Part shown: positions 44,395-57,802 of the stretch, piece after piece
Layout: each line of letters starts with the position of its first letter
Numbering within the stretch: the stretch's first letter is position 1
Assembly: GCF_000281045.1 (NCBI RefSeq)
Contig: NW_008246096.1
Coordinates: forward strand, 39,727-103,726
From: Saprolegnia diclina VS20
Taxonomy: Eukaryota
DNA: 64,000 nt
Reading direction: 5' to 3'
The notes under the pieces: model-generated
Told to the model about the DNA's origin: nothing
Seen by the model: the letters and a program-made list of their open reading frames with translations, nothing else
The model's database searches: none
Program-made: the position numbers and the translations under genes

Positions 44395-47300
44395 TTACAT
44401 GGTACTCGAGACCGAGTCGGACCATGTGAGGTGGAAGAGAAGACATTCTTCGTTCTGGTCTTGGTGGTCGTTGATGAAGAGGTAGACCTTCTTGGAGCAC
44501 GGGAGCGAGTGCGGCGCAAACGCCAGCCGAAGGTACCCGTCACCGTTGCCTTGGAGCTGCAGCCGAGGCTCGCGCGGCTTCATGATGCTCGGGTCGTTGC
44601 TCCGCAAGACAAAGCTCCGATCTTCGTCCCACGGATTCCGATACGATATTTTCTACCATAGACAATAGTGTCAACACCTATTGCCGTACACCAAATAGAC
44701 AAAGCACCTTGAGCACAGGCACGCCCGTCGGAAGCGTCACGTCAAAGACCTTGGTCACAATCGGCTCGCTCACGGTCGTGTTGAGAAGCCACGCTCCCAC
44801 AAGATCGCGGCTGTCGACGTCTACTCAGCCATTAGTTAGTTGGTTCATTTGCCCGATTCCTTACCAACAACGTGGACGACAATCTGCTTGGCACACACTT
44901 GCATGGTCGCAAAGCGCACTTCAATGCGGTTGAACGCATGCGGAATGAGCTGAAAGATGCCACTCGGCTTAAACTAGTCACGTAGTACTATGCGACATGA
45001 AAGGAATAAAAGACATTCTACCTGGAGCTCGGTGGGGTGGGAACTAAAGCACGAGACGCGTCGGGGCATCGCGTCGCCTTTGACGATGAGTTCGTTCTGG
45101 ACTCCTTGGCCCATGGTCGCGTGCAGGTCGAGTCTAGGGAACTTGCCAGTCCATCTCGTCTGGTTCAACAAGTGCAAACCGCATCATGGACTGAATGTGG
45201 ATGCGCCAGATCTCGTGCAGGCGTGCGTGGTACATGTCGTCGTACAAAAGCAAGTAAAAGACGCCGAGACTCGGGTAGTCGCCAACGCGGTACTTGATGT
45301 AAATCTCTTGCGGGGCGTACGGTCGCTATCAACCATAAGGTTTGCCCGTTCATGCCAACAATACCTCGACCGGACGCGTCTCGACAATCACGTTGGCGTC
45401 CGGGCACATGACGAACTTCTCCACACCCGACTCGGCTTGATTGTTGTCATTCTCGTCGTTGCTCGGTGGCGGTACCCACTTGAGACAGCGGCGCAAAATT
45501 GCAAGCGAAAAGTGCTGGAACCGATATGTGCGGTGAACGACAAAGGGCGCGGGGTGCACGTGCAGCTGGATCACGGCGATCGTATGGCCGTGGGCGACGC
45601 TCTTGATCGAGATCGGGATCGTGCGCTCGTGCGTTCGCAGCGCGAGCGATAGAAACCGAAAGGGAAGTGCAACGTAGTCCCCGCCATCCAGGAGCAGCTC
45701 GTGGAGGCTGTCGACCATATCGCGCTCGACACGAGTGGTTGGCGCGTTTGGAATGTCCACAGCACGGGGCACGTGGTCCCGGTAGTAGGCCCACTCGGCC
45801 GCGTCCGTCACGAGTTGGAGCTCGGCGTCGGCCCACTCGATGCGGAAACGCTCGGCGTGTCCGTACGGGTTGCGCACGGGGAGTTCAAAGAAGAGCATCG
45901 AGCCAAACATCGCATATAGATGCACGGTCGTCGTCACGTGGTCTTTCAAGAGCGCTTGGATCAGCGCCTTCTTGTGGCCGTCGCGGTAGAACTGAACGAT
46001 TTGCAGCATCTTGTGCTTCTGCGCCAAGTACGCGTCGACGGTCGCACGGCCGGAAGCGACGTCGTTTTGACGGCCGTGGTTGGCCAATGACGCGGCGTCG
46101 ACCAAATCCCGCTGCGCGCGGGTCGTCGTCCGCTGTTGCTGACGCTTGTACATGCGGAGACGCTCAAGCTGCCGCGCGTACACCTTGTCGTGCATGAGCG
46201 ACGGCGCGTCCGCCACATATCCCGCCGACCCGAGGTCGTCGACAAGCGAGAGCCCGAGCTCCATGAGAAACTCGACGAACCGGACGCGAAGGATCTCATC
46301 CGATTTGCCTTCGGCGTACTTGGTCAAGAGCGCCGGGGCACGGACACCGCGTGCCGCAGCCGCGATCGCCGCTTTCCGCAGCTTCATTTCCACGAGGCGC
46401 ACGTTGGGCTCGGGACTGAACCGGTACTCGACGCTGGTCGTGGGTTGAGCCGTGGGATGCGGCAACTCGTTGTTGCTATGCGATTTCGCGGCTGCCGGTG
46501 GCTGCTTCAAGGCGCTCTTCGCTGTCGTCACCGGTTTAGCCGAAGACTCTGGCGTCGGTGTCCGGCCGGGCGTTGGTGTTGCGTCAACACATTGAGTACG
46601 TTTTGGTTGAGACGGAACCGACGCCGGTGTGGCCGCAGGCTTTGGCTGCAGCGCGGGCCGCGTCGCCGAGGATGATATCGACGCAGGCGTACCTTTCTTT
46701 GCCGTTGCAAGAACCGGATCCGACGTCTGCTTCTCGAGCGCGGGCTTGGCCTTGGCCAAGTTGAGTCGTGGAATTGTTTGGCTCCTCTGCGCACCATCCG
46801 GCTTGGCGGTGGTCGGGGACACGACCTCCGAGCGCGCTGTGGGCTTGGCTTGCTCTGCAGTGGCGGTGTAAAGCGCTTGGAACTCGCTCAGCGCAATCGC
46901 ACCGCTGCCGTCGGCGTCGAGCCACGTACGGATCGCCACAATATCCACCGGACTGAGCTGCTTGTCCATACCTAGCGCTGCCATGCCTTGATCAAACTCG
47001 GTGTGCGTGATCTTGCCATTGCCGTCCTTGTCGAAGTGACTAAACGCCTGGCTAACATCAATGCCTTCTCCCTGAGCGCGCAGAAGTAAGCCCGAGAGCG
47101 CTGCGACGGCGGGAGGCGTCCCCTTGACGGTCATTTCTCTCGCCGATGCTTTGGTCTTCAGCGTGCGCGCCGATGTTGCCGGCGTTCTTGAGGGCTTGGC
47201 GTCGGGAGCGTCTGTTGACACGGGTGCGGCCTCGCTGCCGCCGGACGCAGTTGCGGCCGTCTTGGGCGGCGGCTTTTGCCACGGTTTGCGCTTGGCGTCG

Positions 47301-50300
47301 CCGGTGGACGGTGCTTTAGCCAAGCGGGGCTTTGTGTACAGTTTCTTGAGCTCGACGAGTGAGATAATTCCGTCCAACTCCAAGTGATTGCCGAGTAGCA
47401 GTGCGTCGTCCGGAGCCAAATCGGCGAGGGCAAGGGCTTGCAAGCCCGCATCAAAGTCCGCTCGCGAGATTGCGCCGCTGCCTTCCTTGTCGTAGGCGGC
47501 AAATGCGTTGTCGATGTTGACGCCACTTTCTTTGGCCTGCATCAGCAGTTGCTTGATAGCGTCGATCGGTCTTGCAGCTGTGGGGGCAGCCACCGCAGGC
47601 TTGGCGTCGGCGGTCGGCGTTGGGTCAGAGAGCTCGGTGAGGCGCTGTAACGACACGACGCCGTCGCGACCAAGCTCGGTGCGAATCTGAGTCATCTCGG
47701 CGTCGTCGAAGTCATTGAAGCCAAGTTCGACGAGCCCCAGCTCAAAGTCGCCGAGGGCAATGCACCCATCGATGACCGTAAACTGCTGAAACACGCTGTC
47801 GACTTTTCCGTCACCTTGTTTCGCCGCTGTCAAAAGCTGCTGCAGTTTGCCAAGCGCGGAGGGCCGTGAGGACGCACGTGCGGTCGTGGCCGGGGCTTGC
47901 TGCTGCACAGTGGCTTCCGAGCTCCAGAGTACCGCGAGTGCAATGCGCCCTGACTGAGACGGATCCAGCGTCGCTCGAAGAGCCATCACGTCGTCGTTGG
48001 TCATGTCGTTGATCTCGAGCTCGAGAAGGCCCGTGTCGAGCTCCGCGTACGCGAGCGACCCGGAATTGTCGACGTCCAAGGCTGTAAGCACGCGACGGAT
48101 GTCGACGCCTCGGGCGGTCGCCGCTTCGATCCCGCGCCGAAACTTGGCAACACTGGAGTTCAATGTTGCTGGCAAAGATGCATCAGCTCGCGCCGATGTC
48201 TTGGAGCCATCGTCGAGACCCAACAGTGCGCCGAAATCCGCAAGCGCAACGACACCCGAGGGCCCGAGCAGGGCTCCTGCCGCCGATACGAGCTCTGCCG
48301 TGACGCCGTCGACGCCCAGAGACAAGAGTGCCGCCTCAAAAGCCGCTTGCGGTACGCTTTCTGCGTTCACTTTACGAAGCGCTTCGATGGCCTTGGTCTG
48401 CACTGGTTGCAGCAACGCGGCAAGCTCAGTCGTTGCTGTCACACGGCGCGCCGACGACGGTTTGCTAAGTGGTTTTCGCGCCGACGTCTTGGCCGGATAC
48501 AAGGCGCGAAACTCACTCAGCGCGATCTTGCCGCTGCCGTCCTTGTCCAGCACAAGAAGGATGCCCTTGATGTCGCCATCGGATAGCGGACCCAAGCCAA
48601 GGCTCTGGAGGCCTGCGGCAAACTCTTCGCTTGTGAGGACGCCGTCGCCGTCCGCGTCGAAGTGAGCAAAGGCTTCGTCCATCGGAATGCCTTGGTCGCT
48701 CGCGCGGGCCAAAAGCGCTTTGAGGTTGTCGAGCGGTGTCGGTGCATACAGCTTTGAAAACTCGGCGAGGGTGATGACGCCACTCCCGTCTTTGTCGAGG
48801 GCCTTCTGCAGCTCGTCCATATCACTGGCTGTCAGATCGGTAAAACCGAGCTCCCGCAGCGCAGGCGCAAATTCAGCGTACGTAATACCACCGTCGCCGT
48901 CCTTGTCAAAGTGAGCAAAGGACGTTGCCGCATCGACGCCTTGCGCTTGCGCGCGACGCAGTAGCGTCTGCAGTTTCGCCAAGGGCGACGATGTCTCGGT
49001 ATTTGTCGCGGTGTCGTAGAGCGACTTGAATTCTGCAATCGATATCGACCCGCTGCCATCCTTGTCCAAGTGGCTTCGAATGGCTGCGAGGTCCGACGCC
49101 GTGAACGTTATGAACCCGAGCTCGGTCATGGCGCTGTCAAACTCTGCGTGGGAGATTTGCCCATTGCCGTCCTTATCAAAGTGAGCAAAGGACGCCGCAA
49201 TGTCGACGCCTTGGGCTTGGGCCTTACGCAACAGCGCTTGTAGTGCGTCCAATGGCGACAAGCTCGTCGTTGGTGGTTGCGCTACGCCCGATGTCGTAGC
49301 GTCGGGCGGGTACACAGCTTTGAACTCGGCCAGCGAGATGGACCCGCTATTGTCCTTGTCAAGGGTGGCCCGGATGCTGGCGACATCGACCGCGCTCAGC
49401 GATGTAAACCCGAGCTCGGCAATCGCTTGGTCGAATTCCGCGTGGCTTATCGAGCCGTTGCCGTCCTTGTCAAAATGGGCAAACGCATGTTGGACGTTGA
49501 CGCCTTTCGCGCTCGCTCGACCAAAGAGTTCGCGCAGCTTCTCCATCGGTGGCAGCGGGATCACGGCGTGGCCCGCGTCGGACGCGCCTCCTACAAACGC
49601 TTTGAACTCGGCCAACGTCACCTCGCCCGTTTGGCTTGCGTTCAGGACAGCAAAGAGCCGCCCGGCTTCGTCGCTACTCGCGTCGTTAAAGTTGAGCCGC
49701 ACGAGACCGTCGTGGAAGCCCGCGGGTGTTAGGAAGCCGTGCCTCGCCGTATCGAAATGAGCAAACGATTGCTCCAAGGGCACGCCTTCGCCCGTGGCTT
49801 TGGCAAGAAGGGCCCGAAAGCGCATCTCGAGCGACACGCTCTTGGCGATGCCGAGAAACGCGCCAAACTCGTCAAGCGAAATGGTCTGCGACTTGTCGGT
49901 ATCCAAATGCGACAGAATGTCTTGCATATCGACCGCACTCCACGTGTGTGCGCCGCCGAGCTGCCGCAATGCCGTCTCAAAGTCCCCATACGAGACAGCC
50001 CCCGTGTGCGCCGTGTCAAAATGCGCAAAGGCGCCGCAGACGTCGATGCCGCTGGCCATCGCCTTGGTCAACATCGTCTTGAGCCGCATGTACGGTCGGT
50101 TGTTGTCTCGCATCGTCTGCTGCGTCCGCGGTGTCGCAAGCGCCACAAACTCGTCCAAAGCAATCTGTCCGTCGCCGTCCTTGTCCAAGTGCGTCACGAT
50201 GGCGGCAATGACGTCGTCATCGAGTCCGCCAAAGCCCAACTCTCGGAGCGCCGACGTAAACTCGGACGCTGACACTTGGTTGCTGCCGTCTTTGTCGAAA

Positions 50301-53300
50301 TGCGCAAAGCACTGCAGAAGGTCCATACCCTTGGCCGCCGCCGCGTCAAAGAGCACCTTGAGCTGCGTCTCAATGGGCGACGCCACAATCGCAGCCGACT
50401 GGTCGCCAAAGCAAAAGAAGAGCAGCTCCTTGTACGAGACCGACCCGTCGCCGTCGCCATCGAGCTTGCGCATGACGCGTTTGAGATCACCGTCCGAGAT
50501 CGGGCACTGGAGACTTGCTAAAGCCGCTTGAAACTCTTTCGGTGTCACGCTGCCGCTGTGGTCGTTATCGAATTGGCGGAACGCATCGGCGACACTGACA
50601 CCGGCGGCCGCCGCTTTGGTCAAGATGCGCTCGAGGCGGCGCTGGACTGTGGTCGCAGGGTCGTACGCCAGGCCGACAAACGCCATAAACTCAGCCACGT
50701 CGATCGACCCGCTCTTGTCTTTATCAATGCGCTCAATCAGTTCTTGGAGCAGCGCGTCGCTCAGCTGTGTCTCGACGTCCATTTCTTGGATGAGCGCGCG
50801 GAGCTCGTCGTACGAGACCGCGCCTGACCCGTCTGTATCCACATGGTGAAAGAGGTCGCCAATGTCAATGTCTTTGGCCACAGTCCGCTGCAGAATTTGC
50901 TGTAGAATGGACACTAGAGCGTCTTGGGCTTGGAGGACGAGCCCCATGGACGTGATAAACTCCATGTACGAGATACTCCCGTCGCTATCGGCATCGAGCT
51001 GCTTGCAAAACGACTCAAACATTGCTCGGTCCGACACTTGAAAGCTGAGCTGGGCGAGCGCCGTCTCAAACTCGACGTACGAGAGCGTGCCGTCGCCCGA
51101 CGTATCCAAATGTCGAAAGATCGAAGGGACGTCGAGGCCTTTCTCGAGGCCGCGCAATAGCACTTGTCGAAGCTCGTCCCGGAGATCGATGCAGCACGCT
51201 TGGTGCACAAACGCCAGGAATTCCTTGTAGTTGACGAGCCCGTCGCCGTTCGTGTCAAAGTATGCAACACACGCTTCAACCGCGGCAGGTTGCAGCGACG
51301 CAAAGAGCGGTCCGAGCTGCCGAAGGCCCTTGACAAACTCGGCCGGCGTCACAAAACCGTCGCCGTTCGCATCTAGAAATTCAAACATGCTCTTGAAGCG
51401 AAGGCCTTGGGCATGGGCCTGTAAGAAGACCGCGCGGAGCTGGTCGAGAAACTGCTGCGTGTCAGCACGACGCGTGGCGTTCGAGTGGGGCTTGATCGAT
51501 GGCTGCAGCGAAATGAGTGCCAGCAGAGCATTTGCGTCGAGCCGGTTGGTCCGCGTCGCCTGCGTTGCAAACCGGGTACAGAGCAAGTCGAGTTCGTCGC
51601 GGGTCAACGACGCACCGTCGCTGGTCGTTGCCGGTCGACGAGACGACGACGCGGTGTGGCTACCCGTCGGTGCATAAAATTGCTCCTTGATGAGAAGGTC
51701 GCGCAGTTCTTGGTTCGAGTCGGCAAGCGGCCTCGCGCGGACTCGGTGGCGCGGCTCTCCCGGTACATTGTCGCGTGGGGCACCAGCGGAAAGTCGCCAG
51801 TTGACATCGCTCTCGGCAGCGTTGGGGGCGACGAGGTTGCGCGGGCACGGCGCCGACGCCGATGCAAAGTTACTCATGAGCACTTGCACAGACCCAATCG
51901 TGGCTTTGACGACACACTCGTCGGTGGGTAGCGTCTGCACCGGGTACTCGGCATGGTGCTTCTTGACCTTTTGACCTTGTCGCAACAGCGTGTGGAGAGG
52001 AATCGCGATCGCACCGAGTGGGAGGAGACTGTCACCGTCGTAGACGTCGACAAGGAGCGATTTGCGCTGGAGGTACTCGGCAAACGCCCTTGGCTCGAGC
52101 ATCGAGTGCCGCGTGGTGTGCACTTCGAACGCGAGCGCTTGGGCCGGCTTGGTTTTGGCGCCGTCCTGGCGACAGAGGAGGTACGTGGCCGCGCTGTGTG
52201 TCGCCGTGAGCACGAGCCGGTCGGTTTTAGTCGGTTCAAACGTATAAAACTGAAACACAAAGTGGACTGACATGGGCACGGTACGATCCGCAGCCGGGCG
52301 AAAGGCTGCAAACTGAAACTGAATCTCGAGCAAATTGAGATTGTCGGCGAGCTCGTCGGCGATCGACGTTGTGAGCTTGGGCGACCGCACCGGCGTAGCG
52401 TGCAGCGAATTCGGTGCACGGTCGTCGTACATACCATGGCGCGTTAAAAGAGCTTTGGACGCGCGACTGAGCTCGTGCGCGGGTGCCACATCATCCGACA
52501 CGATCGTCGTCAAGTGTGGCTCAACGCCTACGTGTTGGTCGTACTGCGGTCGGGCGGTCTTTGGCGTCGGGTTCATGGTCGATTGAAGTGCTTGCGAGAG
52601 CGTCGCATCCCGCGCCGCCTTGTCTCGAAGATCGTCGGCCCACGTATCGGGCTTCTCCACCTCGTTCTCTGCGTCCTCGTTGGCCTCTTCGTCCGACGAG
52701 CTCAATGAAGCGCCTTCGACAAGCACTTCGACGTCCACGGACGCAAAAGTCTCTTCCAACTTGCCTTCTTTGACGCTGTTGGTCCACGCTGGCGACGTGT
52801 ACAAGACGTTGTCCGAGTACGGCCGCGCGTACGTTCCGCTCCTGAGCTCAATGTGGAGCATGGCATCGTCGGCTTGATTTGTGCTCTCTTGCAGCGTTGG
52901 TGTGCTCTTGTCGTGGTAGTAAAACTTCTTCCCGTCGCTTGGTACAATTGCCCGGGCGCCCATGGTCACCACGACCACGTCTTCGGTTGGGAGCGGCTCC
53001 TTCTCGGTCTTGGGCTTGGCGTTCTTGGGCCACACGAGGCGGAATTGTACCGTGAACTGGAGCAGAAGCACGATCGCCACCAATGAGCTCAGCGTGTAGC
53101 CCTTGAGCTTGACATTGTGCTGCACCGCCGAGAGCGTATTCGACCCATTCTCGGCCTTGAGGGCCACCGTGTGCTGGCGCGTGCGAAAGCACCGGCCGTT
53201 GTGCAGCGCGACCTTGAGCACGCGGGACGTGACTTGGCCGTCCATGCTCTCCACGATGGGATACAAGGCGCGCCGCGTCTTGGCGAGGCGCGCAATGAGG

Positions 53301-55556
53301 TTGCGCTCGAGGTCTTCGCGTAAATGCACGAAGACACTGGACGTGGCGACGGTGACGGCAAACTCCTCGGCCGTGCAGATCTCGCGCGGAAGCTTGACCC
53401 GCGAGAGGTCTAATTTCGACGGCAAAATGCCCACAAGCGACAAGTCTTTCAAGCCCGGAACGCGGTCAATGCCCGAGATCATTTCGTTCTTTCGCACCAG
53501 CGCATATGCCTTTAGCAGCGGGTCGTACGGTCGAATATGGTACAGCAATTTCCCACCCGGTACTTTGGGCTGTCCCTGCCACTCGGCCTGTGCGACGACC
53601 CACAGGTAGCGTGGACTCCCCATAAAGACGTTGACCGACTGCGCCTCAGTCGTCGCTGGTAGCATCTTTTGGCCAAAGAGCGGGAGGATGCACCAGCCGC
53701 AGCCGTGGGATGTGGCCGTGAGCGAGGCCGAGCTCGTGCTCTTCTCGTGCGCAATGAGCTCGACGATTGCAACGCAGTTGGGGTCGACGACGTCGGTGAG
53801 AAAGCACACGCTCATTTGAAAGTGCACGTCTGCGACTGCATGGGCGGGCATCTCGGGACTGCGCCACGTGTTGCCAAAGAAGCGCCGCGTCACCGCGTGA
53901 AAGAACGTCACTTGAAGCCCGTACTCGAGCCTCGCTTGCTCGAGCTTCTCAGTGAGCGGCCAGTTCTTGACCAAGTGCAAGTCGATGCAGTACGCTGATG
54001 TTTTGCTCACGCGCGTCGGCGCAAGCGGCCCTTCCGGCACGGGCATGACGATGTTTCCCGACCGAAAGTGCTCGAACGCTTTTTCACGCTCGAGCCAGAG
54101 CTCAGAGCCACTTTTGCGCTTGGCGCGGGGCACCCGAAACGGCTTTGGAATCGGCTGTCGCAGTTGACCGTCGCCATCGTCGGTGCTCGACCCGTTGGAC
54201 GGCGGGGGTCGCGGCGCCGCCTTTCGCGGGGGGCGGCGTTTCGGGGCGTCCTCGCGCGTTGGTTCGGCCTGCTTTTTGGAAGGGGACGCCTTGGATTTGG
54301 CTGGCGATGCAGCCATCTTTTTCTTTCTCGACGGTGACTTCTTTGGTGACGCCGGCGCGGCCATTGCGGTGGTCACAGGCGTTGTGGTTGGCGCCGTTGT
54401 ATCCTTCACATCAGCACCTGGCTCGGGGCTCGTCGGTGCTGCGGTTGATGCCGCCTCGGGATGTGACGTACTCGGAGGAATGGACCCTTGCACTAGCGCC
54501 GCGCTGTCTCCAGTGCTGGCTTTGCTCTTGGAATTCTCGTTGATGCTTCGTGCCGACTTTGTGCGCGCTGATGCTACCACGGTTGACACCTCGGTGGTTT
54601 GTGCGCCTTCTTTCGGTAGCTTGGTCTCTACGAGAGCATCAGCCTTGTTTTTACCGTGATGATCACAATGTCGCTGTACCTGGGGCAACAACGCTGGACT
54701 CGACAGTTGCCTGTGTCTCACTAGCTGGAGGTTTCTTCTTCGGCTCCAGCACCGACACGTCGCCAATGTCGGCACGTGTGGTCTTGGAGGCACTACTCTG
54801 GTCGTTCGGGGCGTCGGCATTGGCAGTCGGTGGCTCTGACGCAAGCTTCTTGGCGGGGGGCTTTTTCGACGGTTGCTTTCCGTCTTCTTTGCCAGACGTT
54901 GCCGGCGAGTCGGTGGTCGCTGGCTTGGCATTGGGCTTCTTGGCCACTTGAACGACGTCGTCCGTCTCGGACATTGGAGAAGCGTCCGTCGTTGCCGCCT
55001 TGGCACCAGGCTTCTTCCAAGGTTTCGCGCCATCGTCCTTGCCCGAGGCCACAGGAGACTCGGTCGTAGCAGCCTTGGTTGCAGGCTTCTTCGCCATGAC
55101 CACAACATCGTCGGCCTCGGCGTCGGCCGGTGCTCCTGTAGGCTTCTTCTTCCATGGTTTCGGATCATCTTCTTTGCCCGAGGCTGCAGGCGTCTCTGTT
55201 GTAGCAGCTTTTGCTGCCGGCTTCTTGGAAACGACGACCACATCGTCGGCCTCGGACAAGACAGGAGCCTCGGCTGCGGCCTTCTTCTTCCAGGGCTTCG
55301 GACCGTCTTCCTTCCCGGATATCGTTGCAGAGCTTGTGGCGGCGCCTTTTGTAGGCGGTTTCTTCCACGGCTTTGGCCCATCTTCCTTGCCGGACGTGCT
55401 GGGCGATGCTGTCGCGCCCGGAGGCCCGCGCTTCGGGATCATCGACTTGCGCCGGGCCTCCGGCGCCGTCGCTTTTGGCGCCTCTTCGCTCGGGGCCTTC
55501 TTGCGTGGCCCTTCGTCGTCGCTGGCTTTGATCACCTTGACGACGTCCTCGTCCAT
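44395..55556 (-). CDS. NPHP4: Nephrocystin-4-like transition-zone protein with N-terminal repeats and a large internal EF-hand array, multi-exon, over 3400 aa
   Basis: VTFFHAVTRRFFGNTWRS and VHFVFQFYTF C2-like regions; C-terminal FFELPVRNPY, RTYRF, KISYRNPW, VYLFINDHQDQNEE; intron 54628-54679 joins the 54663-55640 ORF to the giant 45350 ORF; further short introns between about 44660 and 45365. Confidence 0.85.
46865..51460 (-). repeat. Coding array of about 16 EF-hand-pair modules
   Basis: Repeated L..LL.(R/K)A...G.D....F.HFD.DG.G.I...EF...L..LG...LD.DG.G.I...EF; about 13 pairs with recognisable loops and about 3 degenerate. Confidence 0.9.
54850..55390 (-). repeat. Coding repeats SGKEDG-KPWKK / E-DDVVV-KKP--KAATT (five copies)
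   Basis: Visible in the 54663-55640 translation; units of about 25-50 aa. Confidence 0.85.
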
Positions 55557-55776
55557 GACCTTCTCGGCCTGTTGGCTTCCTTTCTGGTGCAATCTTCGAT
55601 CTTCCACGGTCTCGCCATTGGATTGGTGGAAAATGAACAAGAAGCGAGGCTGGATTGGCTACAATGCTCTGTATTTTTTATTTGTTACCATCTAAATTAG
55701 CTTATTATTTGTATGCATAAGCACGTCATTTAATACAGCGTGCTTGGAGTGGCCAAAAATCAAGCATTTGGAAACC

Positions 55777-57802
55777 ATGCGAATCCTTGCGCGATTTCGG
55801 CGGGCGACGACGGGCCGGCGGCTCCTCTCGACAGCGCCGCGCCCGATATCCGCGCTCAACTCGCTCTCGGGCAAGGTCGAGCCGCTTCCAGTAGCGTCCT
55901 CGGGCCCGCTCAAGTGGTACGTCTGCGGGCCTACGGTCTACGACAGCGCCCACCTCGGCCATGCGCGCAGCTACGTGAGCCAGGATATTTTGCGGCGTGT
56001 CTTGACGGGCTACTTTCGCCATGATATCAACTTAGTCATGGGCATGACCGACGTTGACGACAAGATTATTGCCACGTCGCTCCGCGAGGGCAAGCCCATG
56101 GAGGCCGTGGCACGCCACCACGAAGCCGCCTTCTTGGCCGACCTCGCGTCGCTCAACGTCTTGCGGGCCTCTGCCATCACGCGAGTGAGCGAACACATTC
56201 CCGAGATCCTCGCCTACATTAAGACGCTCGAGGCCAATGGCTTTGCCTACACAACGTCGGACGGCGTGTACTTTGACACGGTCGCGCTTGGTGCCAAGTA
56301 CGGCAAGCTCGCCCCCAACGCTGCGACCGAAATCAGCGACGTTGCAGCCTCCGACGACTCTGGTATTGGCAGCGAGAAGCGCAACGTGCGGGACTTTGCT
56401 CTCTGGAAGCGGTCCAAGACTGCGGACGAGCCCGGGTGGGACTCGCGCTACGGCCGCGGCCGACCAGGGTGGCACATTGAGTGCTCGGCCATGACGCACC
56501 ATGTGCTCGGCGGCGCGATCGACGTGCACTCGGGTGGCATTGACCTCTGCTTTCCGCACCACAACAACGAAGTCGCGCAGTGCGACGGCTACCACCACAC
56601 GACCGCCGGTATCTCTAGTCTTGTGTCCGCTCTCAACACGCCTCTATCTGTGCCTAGGACATACGTGGTGCAAGCACTTTATTCACTTTGGGCACTTGTA
56701 CATCAAGGGTCTCAAAATGTCCAAGTCGCTCAAGAATTTCATCTCGATCCAAGATTTTCTGAGTGCGCCGGGGTCGTCCTCGGATGCCTTTCGGCTCTTC
56801 TGCCTCCAGTACAAGTACAACACAAATGTGCACTTCTCGGAGGACCGGATGCGCGACGCCAACGTCCTCTTGCAGCGCTTTACGTCCTTCTTCCAGTCTA
56901 TCGTTGGCCTCACAAAGGCATCGACGCTGCATCGCCGCCTCGAGACGCCCAATGATGTGCTCCTCACGGCGCTGGCCGAAGCCAAGGTCGAGGTCGACCG
57001 TGCCTTGCGCAATGACTTTGATACACCGGCGGTCCTCCTGCAACTGACGCAGCTTATCTCGCTCGTGCACCGTGAAGTTCAATCCCGCGACATTTCGATC
57101 GAGGTTGTGTGCCGCGTTGCCGCCTACGTCCTCGAGACGCTCCACCTCTTTGGCCTAAACAAGTCGCTCGCAGGCTTTTCGTCGATTGCGCTGGCGGCGC
57201 CGGTCGCTACCACCGACGCGGGTGCTGGCCTTGCGCACGCCGAGAGCATTCTCGACGAGTTTACCGCCTTCCGCGCTCGCGTGCGTCAAGCTGCGTTGAC
57301 CAACCCCAAGGACCCGCAGAGCCAAACGATCTTGGCGCTTTGCGACCGACTTCGGTAGGCTCGGTCCAACTTGAGTGTATGCCACAAGCGTACGTTGGGT
57401 AGGAACGAGACGCTGCCGCCCCTCGGTATCCAAATCGATGACGTGGCGCCGGGGACGTCGCACTGGAAGGCGCAAACTATGATCGAGGCCGACGCGGCGC
57501 CGGTCGACCCGGTCAAGGTCCAGTTGGCCGCCAAGCAAGCCGCGTTCGAGGCCGAGATGCAGATCGCACCCGCCGACTTTTTCCGACGCTCGGCTCAATT
57601 TGCGGGCCACTTCGGTGCGTTTGACGACGAGGTACACGGCGCCGTGTGCTCGGGGTGGCTGCTGAGCAACCGCGAACGATAGGGCGTGCCAACGCAAGAC
57701 GAGAACGGTCTCGACTTGACAAAGACAGCGCGCAAGAAGCTGCTGAAGAAACTCGAGAAGCACATCAAGTCGCACGATAAGTACTGGGCGACCCATCAAT
57801 AG
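55777..57802 (+). CDS. CARS2: Cysteinyl-tRNA synthetase, probably mitochondrial, multi-exon
   Basis: WYVCGPTVYDSAHLGHAR, DFALWK, GRPGWHIECSAM, DLCFPHHNNE, KMSKSLKNFI; presequence MRILARFRRATTGRRLLS. Confidence 0.92.

Noticed and set aside
54680..55381. First about 235 aa of the 3343-aa ORF-track protein
   Set aside because: Wrong frame; the coherent repeat-bearing frame is 54663-55640, joined by the 54628-54679 intron, so no frameshift or recoding is needed.
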